Shown here piece by piece: positions 8,452-17,384 of a stretch of DNA of 36,743 nucleotides (positions are counted from its first letter, which is position 1; each line of letters begins with the position of its first letter). Both the position numbers and the translations under genes were made by a program. This DNA comes from Fibrobacteria bacterium (GTDB lineage: Bacteria; Fibrobacterota; Fibrobacteria; UBA11236). The notes under the pieces were generated by a model. That model worked only from the letters and a program-made list of their open reading frames with translations, had not been told where the DNA came from and did no database searches. Location of the stretch: the NCBI GenBank assembly GCA_043745805.1, contig JAYTSD010000015.1, forward strand, positions 1 through 36,743, in the 5' to 3' direction.

Positions 8452-9477
8452 TTATGGATTTAATAAGCGCACTTCCACAGGCTTATCTTGATTAAAATCG
8501 TTTTCCAAACCTTTATTGGCTTCTAAGGCTTCGAGAGTATAAGGAATTTCCTTCACTCGTTCTGCCTTCACCCCTTTTTCTACCAAATAGGCAACCAAAG
8601 CTTTGGAACGATCTTGCAGTAATTTAACGTATTCCTCTTTTTTCTTGCCTCGCAAAGTCATGGAAACATGAATTTCAATTTGCTTGTCACCATACTCTAG
8701 CAATTGCTTAGATAACATATCGAGGGATTGTTCGGACTCTACTGTTAATTCATCGGTACCGGTGCGGAATTTAACCGCCGCATACGATTGCGTCGCTTGT
8801 AAAGGTGCAGTAACATGATCGACGCAACCATCATCATCATCCACTCCATTCATATTTTCAGCTTCATTAGGACATTTGTCCATATTATCGGGAATACCAT
8901 CTTTGTCATTATCTGGATCGGGGCAACCATCGGCATCTTCAAAGCCGTCTTTATCTTCGGCCGCATTAGGACATTTATCTGTAGCTTGGCAAACACTGGC
9001 GTATTTTTCCGATTGACCTTTTTCCGCTACCCACGCATCGCAAATGCCATCTTTATCATTATCTACATCAGGACAACCGTCATTATCTTCAAAGCCATCA
9101 ATGTCTTCCGCATCATTGGGGCATTTGTCTTTTAGGTCAGGAATGCCATCTTTATCATTGTCGAGATCGGGGCAACCATCTTCATCTTCAAAGCCATCTT
9201 TATCTTCGGCTATTTCGGTACATTTATCACTACCATGGCAAACGCTGGCATATTTTTCGGACTGGCCTTTTTCCGCTACCCATGCATCGCAAATGCCATC
9301 TTTATCATTATCTACATCAGGACAACCATCCTGATCTTGAAAACCATCCATATCCTCCGGATCTTTTGGGCATTCATCATATTTATTGGGAATACCATCG
9401 TCATCCGCATCAAAGGCATGTAAGGGCATGCTATATAGTAAGGGGAGTAAGAATAGTAGGGGTTTTAATATCCGCAT
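8452..9477 (-). CDS. Thrombospondin type-3 repeat protein with degenerate OmpA-like C-terminal domain
   Basis: Signal peptide; multiple EDxDGFEDxDGCPDxDNDKDGI repeats; C-terminal VKFRTGTDEL...RSKALVAYLVEKGV. Confidence 0.85.
   Translation of the reverse strand: MRILKPLLFLLPLLYSMPLHAFDADDDGIPNKYDECPKDPEDMDGFQDQDGCPDVDNDKDGICDAWVAEKGQSEKYASVCHGSDKCTEIAEDKDGFEDEDGCPDLDNDKDGIPDLKDKCPNDAEDIDGFEDNDGCPDVDNDKDGICDAWVAEKGQSEKYASVCQATDKCPNAAEDKDGFEDADGCPDPDNDKDGIPDNMDKCPNEAENMNGVDDDDGCVDHVTAPLQATQSYAAVKFRTGTDELTVESEQSLDMLSKQLLEYGDKQIEIHVSMTLRGKKKEEYVKLLQDRSKALVAYLVEKGVKAERVKEIPYTLEALEANKGLENDFNQDKPVEVRLLNP
8987..9327. repeat. Intragenic direct repeat (~92 bp at 8987-9078 and 9236-9327)
   Basis: Offset 249 nt (83 aa); both copies encode GCPDVDNDKDGICDAWVAEKGQSEKYASVC. 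Confidence 0.85.
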
Positions 9478-10046
9478 AAAGTCCTCGGTTAATAATCTGA
9501 GTTAATATAGAAAAAGCCTGCTAAGATAAAAACGGAAGACCGGAATTTTTTCTGTCCAGCAGAATTTGGGGGGGAAATTTATTCGCCCCTTAAATGTCAT
9601 TTGTTCATCTGTATATAAGTGTTACTCAAGGAGTAGGAAAAAAGTTAAGCTGTAAATTAAAGTTAAAGTGAATAAATTAAAAATAAACATTCTCGCTACG
9701 TCTTATAGAGGTTACCGATGTTTTTTTATTGCGATAAATTTTAGCTTTTATTAAAGTATTTTTTAATATTAAAATTCATATCTTCAGTCTTTTGATCTTT
9801 TTTTAATTCTCTCCATTTTTCATAAGTCAAAGTATTTTCAGGGCTTACGTGCCTAATTTTTTATCCCGTTTTCTCCACATAATTTATTTGCATTTGTTAT
9901 TGCCAGCCTACATAATAAAGATATGCGTGTTATAGATATTGAAAAATTAAAAAGCGATAATAAAATAATTACTTTAAAATGCTCAAGTCTTTCAAAACTA
10001 AACCGATAAAAAACAATAGACTCATTAGCCATAGGAGGGACATCAA

Positions 10047-10622
10047 ATGAGCTTTTCAACTAAACTAAAAATGGTATTGGTCGCAGCTGCCTTATCCGCT
10101 AGTGCGACCTATGCCGTATCATTCACCATGGGTGGTACAATCCAAACAATTAATTCGCTTACAGCCGTTGGCGAACAACAATTGGATTTTACTTCCCCTG
10201 CAACATTCACCGCTATCGCTACGTTAACGATTAGTAATAATACCGATTCGTACGATTTGAATTTAAAATTCACCAATAGTGGTCAATTTCTTAAGCCATC
10301 CGCTGCTCTTGGCACAGGTGTAACTATGACCGCAATTCGAGTGAGAATGTTAACTCCAGCTGCGACTACAGGTGCGGGTGGTTGGGGAACAACTATCGCG
10401 TCCTTAGTTCCAGGTGTTGCCTCTGGTGTTACTGACGTGGTAAATTCCCTTATCACAGCTCAGGCCAATAACGTTGCGGGTTGGACATGGAATCCTGCCG
10501 ATCAAACGACCTCAACGGTGGGTGGCGTTTTGAAAATCGAAGCGTCATGGTTGGCCTCCACGAAACTCGCTGGTGCTTATAGTGAAACTTGTACAGCCTT
10601 ATTGACTTCAACGATTAACTAA
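10047..10622 (+). CDS. Putative chaperone-usher major pilin, copy 1
   Basis: RBS GGAGGGA; signal peptide; T/A/S/G-rich beta-type sequence; C-terminal AGAYSET resembles the AGxY(D/E)T strand of Csu/SCPU-type pilins; upstream of chaperone and usher. Confidence 0.75.
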   Translation: MSFSTKLKMVLVAAALSASATYAVSFTMGGTIQTINSLTAVGEQQLDFTSPATFTAIATLTISNNTDSYDLNLKFTNSGQFLKPSAALGTGVTMTAIRVRMLTPAATTGAGGWGTTIASLVPGVASGVTDVVNSLITAQANNVAGWTWNPADQTTSTVGGVLKIEASWLASTKLAGAYSETCTALLTSTIN

Positions 10623-10663
10623 TCCTTGAAGTTAAAATTGTAGTGCCGTTCAAAGTTACCCCC

Positions 10664-10698
10664 AAAAGAAGAGGATGCCCCATTCTCTTCTTTTTTTT
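10664..10698 (+). terminator. Rho-independent terminator after pilin copy 1
   Basis: AAAAGAAGAGGATG-CCC-CATTCTCTTCTTTTTTTT. Confidence 0.8.
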
Positions 10699-10883
10699 GT
10701 GCAATTTTCTCTTCACAAATTCTTTGCATTTGTTATTGCCAGCCTACATAATAAAGATATGCGTGTTATAGATATTGAAAAATTAAAAGGCGATAATAAG
10801 AATAATTATTTTAAAACGCTCAAGTCTTTCAAAACTAAACCGATAAAAAATAATAGACTCATTAACCATTGGAGGGACTTCAA

Positions 10884-11459
10884 ATGAGCTTTTCAACTAA
10901 ACTAAAAATGGTGTTGGTCGCAGCTGCCTTATCTGCAAGTGCGACCTACGCTGTGTCATTCACCATGGGTGGTACAATCCAAACAATTAATTCGCTTACA
11001 GCCGTTGGCGAACAACAATTGGATTTTACTTCTCCAGCTACTTTCACCGCTATTGCTACATTAACGATTAGTAATAATACTGATTCCTACGACTTGAATT
11101 TGAAATTTACCAATAGTGGTCAATTTCTTAAGCCATCCGCTGCTCTCGGCACAGGTGTAACTATGACCGCAATTCGCGTGAGAATGTTAACTCCAGCTGC
11201 GACTACAGGTGCGGGTGGTTGGGGAACAGCTATCGCGTCCTTGGTTCCTGGTGTAGCATCCTCTACTCCTGATGCAGTCAATTCTCTTATCACTGCCGAG
11301 GCTAATAACGTTGCGGGTTGGACATGGAATCCTGCCGATCAAACGACTTCAACGGTGGGTGGCGTTTTGAAAATCGAAGCCTCATGGTTGGCCTCCACGA
11401 AACTCGCTGGTGCTTATAGTGAAACTTGTACAGCCTTATTAACTTCAACGATTAACTAA
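10884..11459 (+). CDS. Putative chaperone-usher major pilin, copy 2
   Basis: 185/191 aa identical to copy 1; ATG 10884 after GGAGGGA (the ORF track start at 10869 overlaps the RBS). Confidence 0.75.
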   Translation: MSFSTKLKMVLVAAALSASATYAVSFTMGGTIQTINSLTAVGEQQLDFTSPATFTAIATLTISNNTDSYDLNLKFTNSGQFLKPSAALGTGVTMTAIRVRMLTPAATTGAGGWGTAIASLVPGVASSTPDAVNSLITAEANNVAGWTWNPADQTTSTVGGVLKIEASWLASTKLAGAYSETCTALLTSTIN

Positions 11460-11500
11460 TCCTTGAAGTTAAAATTGTTGGACTATTCAAAGTCACCCCC

Positions 11501-11534
11501 AAAAGAAGAGAATACCCCATTCTCTTCTTTTTTT
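11501..11534 (+). terminator. Rho-independent terminator after pilin copy 2
   Basis: AAAAGAAGAGAAT-ACCCC-ATTCTCTTCTTTTTTT. Confidence 0.8.
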
Positions 11535-11593
11535 ATGATATAATAAATGCAGAATATATCTAATAGCAATTTTTTATTGAGAGAAAGATTCTG

Positions 11594-12073
11594 TTGTTAA
11601 AATTTTTTTTTGCTTTGTTTATTACCTTATTTTTATCTAATAAGCTTTATGCAAGTTTGGACGAAAATATTAATACCATTCAAACGCAAGGCAATATTGG
11701 CTTGAGCCTAGGCGATGGGGGCAGCAATGAGCAAGTAGCCATTTTAATTATTAATAATAACTATGCAGCAGGCTTTCACATCACCTTCACTTTTACCAAT
11801 AAAGGGAAGTTTAAAAAGGGTAGTAAAGAAATTACCATGACCAGTTTAGTATTGAATAAAATGTCTACTGGTACCTTGGGTAGTGGAATTACCGCGCCTA
11901 CCAATGCGCCGATCACCTTGGATGGCTCAGGGTCATGGACTTGGAGTAGTGGAGCCCAAACCACCGAAACCACCAATTATATGTTAGAAATTAAAATAAG
12001 TTGGAATGGCAGTAGTAATAGCGCCGGATTCTATTTTGAAAATGTTACGGCAGCTATTGCAGTTGGACCGTAA
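11594..12073 (+). CDS. Putative minor pilin, paralog of the two upstream pilins
   Basis: Signal peptide; shares AxLxIxNN, FTNxGxFxK, TMT, WTW...QTT, SW and AGxYxE with 10047-10622. Confidence 0.7.
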   Translation: MLKFFFALFITLFLSNKLYASLDENINTIQTQGNIGLSLGDGGSNEQVAILIINNNYAAGFHITFTFTNKGKFKKGSKEITMTSLVLNKMSTGTLGSGITAPTNAPITLDGSGSWTWSSGAQTTETTNYMLEIKISWNGSSNSAGFYFENVTAAIAVGP

Positions 12074-12129
12074 AATTATTCTGGTACAATGGTTAAATCC
12101 ATTTTATAATGTTGCTTAAAGGAGCGGAA

Positions 12130-12948
12130 ATGCGCAGAATTTTATTGGGGTTGTTGGCTTCCAAAATACTAATATCTTCAGTATACGCTGGAGGCTATTC
12201 CATTGAGCCTTGGATATTAATTTTAGAACCCGCACAAAAAAAAATGAGCCAAGTTATCACGGTAAAATATGAGGGAGGATCCACCGCCCCCAAAACCCAG
12301 GAGCTAGGCCCTTCAAGATCAGATCCTGTGCCAGTAGAAATCAGCGTAGTGAAAAGGGAAATAGCTCTCGATGGAACAATTTCCTATCCCACTGAAAAAC
12401 AAGATGATGATTTTGTAGTGTATCCCTCACAACTCATTTTATATCCCGGTGATTTGCAAAAAGTGCAAGTGCAATGGGTGGGTTCAAAAATACCTTCCGC
12501 CGAAACTGTTTATGGTTTAATTGCCATGCAATTACCTATTAACTTACCCGTTGATGAAAATGTTAAAACTCCCATCGGCTCCATGAATTTATTAACGCGT
12601 TATGAAGGCATTGTGGTCATGAGGCCCGCCGGAATTAAGCCACAAGTAAATGTAGACACCAGCTTTGCCCTTAAAGACAGCGCAGGTAATACCCATTTGA
12701 TTTCCATTCTCAATAATAAAGGAAACGGTTTGCTATCCTTTAAAAAACTTCGCTTAACCGTAATTCCATTGGATGAAAAAGGTAAATTGCATATGCAAGA
12801 TAAAATTGAAGTTAAACCTGATTATAATCAGCCCTATGCAAAGCAAGCTTTATTTGCAGGCAATGTGAGGCGCTTTGATATTCCATGGCCCAAAGATTTT
12901 CCCATAGGACCGATTAAAGCCTTTGTGGTTTATGATTCCGAAAATTAA
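12130..12948 (+). CDS. Pilus assembly chaperone (PapD/CsuC-like)
   Basis: Signal peptide; FVVYPSQLILYPGDLQKVQVQW, ExxYGLIAMQLP and LNNKGN; RBS AAAGGAG before ATG 12130. Confidence 0.8.
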   Translation: MRRILLGLLASKILISSVYAGGYSIEPWILILEPAQKKMSQVITVKYEGGSTAPKTQELGPSRSDPVPVEISVVKREIALDGTISYPTEKQDDDFVVYPSQLILYPGDLQKVQVQWVGSKIPSAETVYGLIAMQLPINLPVDENVKTPIGSMNLLTRYEGIVVMRPAGIKPQVNVDTSFALKDSAGNTHLISILNNKGNGLLSFKKLRLTVIPLDEKGKLHMQDKIEVKPDYNQPYAKQALFAGNVRRFDIPWPKDFPIGPIKAFVVYDSEN

Positions 12949-13205
12949 TTCTGACTAGCTTTGTAACACTTTTAAAAACTAAAAGTTTCACAATTCCATT
13001 GCTTTCCCTACCTGAAAAACGTTAAGCTAAACCAGTAAATTCAGCCACTTTCATTGTTTTTTATGAAAAATGGTGAATGCTTCAAAAGGAGTTTCCTGCT
13101 GAAGGATTATTCGATTTGTATTAAAAATAAGTTCAAAGGTTAATGCATGAATAATAAAATTCACGCGCAACATAACCGAAGCATATTGAAAGTTTTTATT
13201 TAAAA

Positions 13206-16200
13206 ATGAAGGCTCTGCTTTTTTTAATATTGCTTTTTTCCCAATTCACTTGGGCACAATCTCCCAGCTTGGATGACAAAGTTTTTTCCGATGAGCAAAA
13301 TACTGATGTAACATTGGTGATTAACGGTAAAAAATTAAGTGACACCTGGGTTACGGAATCCCAAGATAAACAAAGAGTTTTTTTTCCTGCCCCGCCGGTA
13401 TTAGTAGCCCTTGCAAATGTATTAAGCCAAGAAAACCTCAAATCTTTGGAAGGGAAAATGTTACCCAATGGGATGTTTTCTAAAAATATTTTAGAATCAA
13501 TGGGTATTAATGTCATCTTTAATAAAGATCGTAGTGAATTATTAATTACCGCCAAAAGCTCCGCACCCATTCACAATGAATCCGAACTAAATCGTTTAAG
13601 TACTTTAGAAAAACTTAAAACCCCGCTTCCAAACACACAGGAAAAAACACTGTCGCCACCCTCTCCTAAAACTATTTCAGAAAATGAAAAGTCATCTGCA
13701 AAAAAAATGAAAGAAAAAAACACGGTTAGCAAAAAACCAAATAATCGTTCTACTGACCCATCAACCAATTATTCCAATGAATCGGAATTAAATGGCCTTG
13801 CTATCATCGATTCAGAAAGTGTTTCCTCGCCCACTCAATCGAATGCGAAAAAATCATCTTCTCCAAAGCATGACTCAACAGGAAAACAAAATAATACTCC
13901 AATTCTTACTCCTAATGAAAAACCATCCAATAATAAACTAACGGAAGACAAAGCGATTCCTGAAAACAAAGACTTATCACTTAAACCAAATCCCAGACAA
14001 ATCATGACATTAAACAAAACGCGCGAAGAGCTTTACCGAGAAATTTTTCACAAAGAAGCACCCAAACTTCCGGATAGTATAGAAGTTACCCTTATTGTGG
14101 ATGGGAAGAGGGGTGAAAAAATATGGATTCATCCTCCAAAAAATAATACAGAGTTTTATTTTTCTGCGCCCCCAATAGTGAAGGTTTTAGAAAATATAAT
14201 CCTCCCTGAAGCCATGAAGAAATTAACCAAAGACTTGAACGGCAGTAATCTTTTAAATGCAAAAATTATGGAAGAAAATGGTATGCCAACCCATTTGGAT
14301 ATGATTCGCTTTGAATTATCAATAACCATTCCTTCGCAATTATTGGGAACGCAAATCCATTATATTTCCAATTTTGAAATCGATCCCTATTCAGTAAATG
14401 CCATTAAACCTAATCCCTTTAGTGCTTATATTAATCTTTCCGGTAAAGAACAACTTCGTTATTTACAAAATATTGAAACTAAAAAAGACAGTGGTAACAT
14501 TGGCAAAACCATTACTAATTCCGGAAACGAAAAGCCCCGTCGCCCTTTTGTAGCAAACTTTGATGGCGCCGCTAATTATAAAGGAGTGGTTTTGGAAACA
14601 ACGGGAGATATTAATGAGGAAAATGAAAGTGGAAAAATATTAACCCATATTCAGGATTCTCGTTTTGTTTATGATCAGCCAAAATCAGCAATGCGTTATT
14701 ATTTAGGCGATCTTTTATTTCCCACGGTTGGTTATCAAACCTTTATCCCATCGGGTGGAATTGGCATGTCTAAGGATTTCAGCTTACAGCCAAATGCCAT
14801 CGCCTATCCAGTCCGTGACTACGAGTTTTATTTGGAAAACCCTGCCGAAGTAAATGTATTGATTAATAATGTTTTGGTTGCCACCCTTCAACTCGAAGCC
14901 GGGACGCAAAATATTAAGGGATTTCCCTTTGTTACTGGCGAAAGTGAGGTAGAAATTATTATCACTGATATCACTGGAAAGCGCCAACATTTGTTTTTTT
15001 CTTTTATCCATGAATCGAGTTTACTCGCACCAGGGAAATCTTTATTTTCATATAATGCGGGCTTTATAAATCGCCTAGATGAACTCGTTAATGTTCAAAA
15101 AGAACTTGTAACTACAAATAGCTACGATTTCCAAAAGCCATTTTTATCGATCTATTATTTACGCGGAATTAATTCCGTTTTTACTACGGGTATTTATAGT
15201 CAGGCAGTTTTAAATCAAGGCTTATTTGGATGGCAAGGTCTAAGGGCATTATCCTTTGGTAAAGTGCAATGCGATATGGCCTTGAGTTATCAAGACACCT
15301 TAAATCTAGATATGGCCACAAAACTCACTTACTCCTATATTCCCAAATATTCAGACAAAAAAACATCTCGTTTAAATTGGCGCGCCGAAATTGAATACTT
15401 AGGGAGAAATTTTTCTAAGCCTAATTCCAGTCTCATGAAAAATAATGCCGTAAATTTATTTACCTCATTCACAGCACCGCTTGAATTTGTAAATATCTCT
15501 TTCGGAGGTGGTTATTCTTTTAATAGGGATACTGTAAACTCGTACAATCTTTCCTTATCGCTCGCAAAATCATGGTGGAAAGGTTTAAGTTCGATATTAA
15601 ATTTTAAAAATTCTTTTCCCTTTCAAAATCAACCCAATACTATAATAACCGCTTTAGTCCAATATAATTTTTCCAAAGGTCCCTATAGTGCCTCTGCTAA
15701 TCAAAGAATTGAAAGTCATCGCGACCGAGACCTTAATCAAGCTTCTGGCAAAAAATGGGACAATTATACCGATTTAAATTTTGACTACAATTCATCCGCC
15801 CCTTTCCCAGAAAATCCTAGCGCTTCCTTTTTTACTAATTTCGGTCCCGAACAAAATGAATATAATGGTCGACTGGGATTGCGCTATGAGCAAGGATTAG
15901 GGGATATTTTTGTGCGCCGCATCGAACCCTCTAATACAGGTGAGGTAACATTTGCACAAAATTATGCAGACTTCACTTTTCAAACGGCTTTAGTTTATAC
16001 AAATAAAAAACTTGCTTTTAGCAGACCTGTTCGCAATAGTTTTGTAATGGTAAATGGCATTGAAAGTCATAAAAATACTGATATTCTGGTGAATCCAAAT
16101 AATAGCGGTTACGATGCTAAATCAGGTATTTTAGGTCCAGGAGTTTTATCTACGCTCGCCCCTTACACGCTTAAAAAAATTCATTTATTACCAGTTAATC

Positions 16201-16559
16201 CACCTATTGGAAGTAATTCTGGGGAAGGGGACTATGTATTATTTCCGACTTATAAAAGCGGTTTCTCCTTACAAATGGGTTCCGAAGCCACAATTATTGT
16301 GATTGGAAATTTATTAGATAAAAAGGAAAAACCACTTGCTTACTTGGCATTTAAAGTCGTTTCGCTCGATAGCAAAAACCCCGTCTCCTATCCTACCTTT
16401 ACCAATGCGGTTGGACGCTTTCAAATACCGCAGGGCAAACCGGGAAAATATTCTTTAGTATTTGATGAAGATAGTCCCTGGCAAAATACCGTGATTGAAA
16501 TACCCAAAACACCCGAAGCATTTTATCAAATGGGTAATGTGCAAATTCCCCATAAATAA
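13206..16559 (+). CDS. Outer-membrane usher (PapC-like) with extended, duplicated N-terminal region
   Basis: YYLGDL...GGIGMSKDFSLQP; plug-like FYLENPAEVNVLINN...LEAG; AFSRPVRNSFVMV; PTYKSG; FTNAVGRF...PGKYSL. Confidence 0.85.
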   Translation: MKALLFLILLFSQFTWAQSPSLDDKVFSDEQNTDVTLVINGKKLSDTWVTESQDKQRVFFPAPPVLVALANVLSQENLKSLEGKMLPNGMFSKNILESMGINVIFNKDRSELLITAKSSAPIHNESELNRLSTLEKLKTPLPNTQEKTLSPPSPKTISENEKSSAKKMKEKNTVSKKPNNRSTDPSTNYSNESELNGLAIIDSESVSSPTQSNAKKSSSPKHDSTGKQNNTPILTPNEKPSNNKLTEDKAIPENKDLSLKPNPRQIMTLNKTREELYREIFHKEAPKLPDSIEVTLIVDGKRGEKIWIHPPKNNTEFYFSAPPIVKVLENIILPEAMKKLTKDLNGSNLLNAKIMEENGMPTHLDMIRFELSITIPSQLLGTQIHYISNFEIDPYSVNAIKPNPFSAYINLSGKEQLRYLQNIETKKDSGNIGKTITNSGNEKPRRPFVANFDGAANYKGVVLETTGDINEENESGKILTHIQDSRFVYDQPKSAMRYYLGDLLFPTVGYQTFIPSGGIGMSKDFSLQPNAIAYPVRDYEFYLENPAEVNVLINNVLVATLQLEAGTQNIKGFPFVTGESEVEIIITDITGKRQHLFFSFIHESSLLAPGKSLFSYNAGFINRLDELVNVQKELVTTNSYDFQKPFLSIYYLRGINSVFTTGIYSQAVLNQGLFGWQGLRALSFGKVQCDMALSYQDTLNLDMATKLTYSYIPKYSDKKTSRLNWRAEIEYLGRNFSKPNSSLMKNNAVNLFTSFTAPLEFVNISFGGGYSFNRDTVNSYNLSLSLAKSWWKGLSSILNFKNSFPFQNQPNTIITALVQYNFSKGPYSASANQRIESHRDRDLNQASGKKWDNYTDLNFDYNSSAPFPENPSASFFTNFGPEQNEYNGRLGLRYEQGLGDIFVRRIEPSNTGEVTFAQNYADFTFQTALVYTNKKLAFSRPVRNSFVMVNGIESHKNTDILVNPNNSGYDAKSGILGPGVLSTLAPYTLKKIHLLPVNPPIGSNSGEGDYVLFPTYKSGFSLQMGSEATIIVIGNLLDKKEKPLAYLAFKVVSLDSKNPVSYPTFTNAVGRFQIPQGKPGKYSLVFDEDSPWQNTVIEIPKTPEAFYQMGNVQIPHK

Positions 16560-16620
16560 TTCCGTCTACTATCTAGTTGAGTTATAAATACCATATCAAA
16601 AATATATAATAGCAATTATA

Positions 16621-17334
16621 TTACTTTTTCTTCACCGCCAAATGTGAAAACAATATAACCCAAAAGCATAGCGTGATATTAAACAAAGGTACCTGCAAAG
16701 CCACGGGCAAACAATAAATAATCGTAACTGTCGGAAACCACACTATCCACGTCGATAGTAAAACAGGTAAAATATTTTTAGAATAATACCCTTTATGCAT
16801 TTCGGCTTTTAAACGCATAAATGAAAAATCCAAATCGCACCAGCGATAAAGTAAATAGGAAAAGGGTGCCGACCAAAATGGGCAATATATTAGTTGATCT
16901 ACTAATACTTTTTTAACTAAAGTTAAGGTCGTACTGTCCGATCCAAAAACAAAGGCTTGATACTTATAGAATGTATCGACTTCGGCGCCTTTATAAGCCC
17001 AAAAGATTAATAGGAAAATAAAATGTGACAAAGGGCGAATGGTTTTAGGAGTGATCCAGCGAGAATAATAAAAGGGCAATACGCCACCAAAAAAGGTAGT
17101 GGCTATAGTGGCATAGTAAAGGCCCCAATGTGCCTTAACCGCAGCCACGGCCAATAAAAATTTTTGCGTAGGGGGATGGTAATAATACGCCAATAGAACA
17201 ATTAGCGCGAAAGCTTGTAAAACTAAGCCCGGAATAAAATTGGCGCGCATTGCCAGCAAACTGATCCGTAACGAAGAGGTTTCCTCTTTTTTTAGTATTA
17301 AATGTTCAGGATTTTTTTTCAAAATGCACGGCAA
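16621..17334 (-). CDS. Mpv17/PMP22-like membrane protein (start uncertain)
   Basis: Several TM segments; KVLVDQLIYCP, WIVWFPT...LPVALQVPLFN...W resemble the Mpv17/PMP22 signature. Confidence 0.7.
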   Translation of the reverse strand: MPCILKKNPEHLILKKEETSSLRISLLAMRANFIPGLVLQAFALIVLLAYYYHPPTQKFLLAVAAVKAHWGLYYATIATTFFGGVLPFYYSRWITPKTIRPLSHFIFLLIFWAYKGAEVDTFYKYQAFVFGSDSTTLTLVKKVLVDQLIYCPFWSAPFSYLLYRWCDLDFSFMRLKAEMHKGYYSKNILPVLLSTWIVWFPTVTIIYCLPVALQVPLFNITLCFWVILFSHLAVKKK

Positions 17335-17384
17335 AAGTTTAATGGTTACTTTAGAGCGTAACCATTACGGAAGATGTTATTCAA

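Larger units (their letters stand above)
9887..11534 (+). repeat. Tandem duplication (~837-bp unit) of upstream region, pilin gene and terminator
   Basis: TTTGCATTTGTTATTGCCAGCC... recurs at ~9887 and ~10723; ATGs at 10047 and 10884; terminators at 10664 and 11501. Confidence 0.95.

Noticed and set aside
8820-9410. CRISPR-like periodic repeats
   Set aside because: The repeats are in-frame coding TSP3 units with synonymous variation; there are no unique spacers or cas genes.
4733-9477. Complete T6SS locus
   Set aside because: Only the ATPase is present; the OmpA-like protein lacks TssL/TagL features.
10675-10887. 70-aa ORF between the pilins
   Set aside because: It spans the terminator and the duplicated upstream region, which is better explained as non-coding.
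10047-11459. DGR template/variable repeat pair
   Set aside because: Differences are not adenine-specific and mostly synonymous, both copies are intact genes, and there is no RT in the window.
12949-13205. Imperfect hairpins or riboswitch between chaperone and usher
   Set aside because: Only weak AT-rich stems; no recognisable riboswitch consensus.
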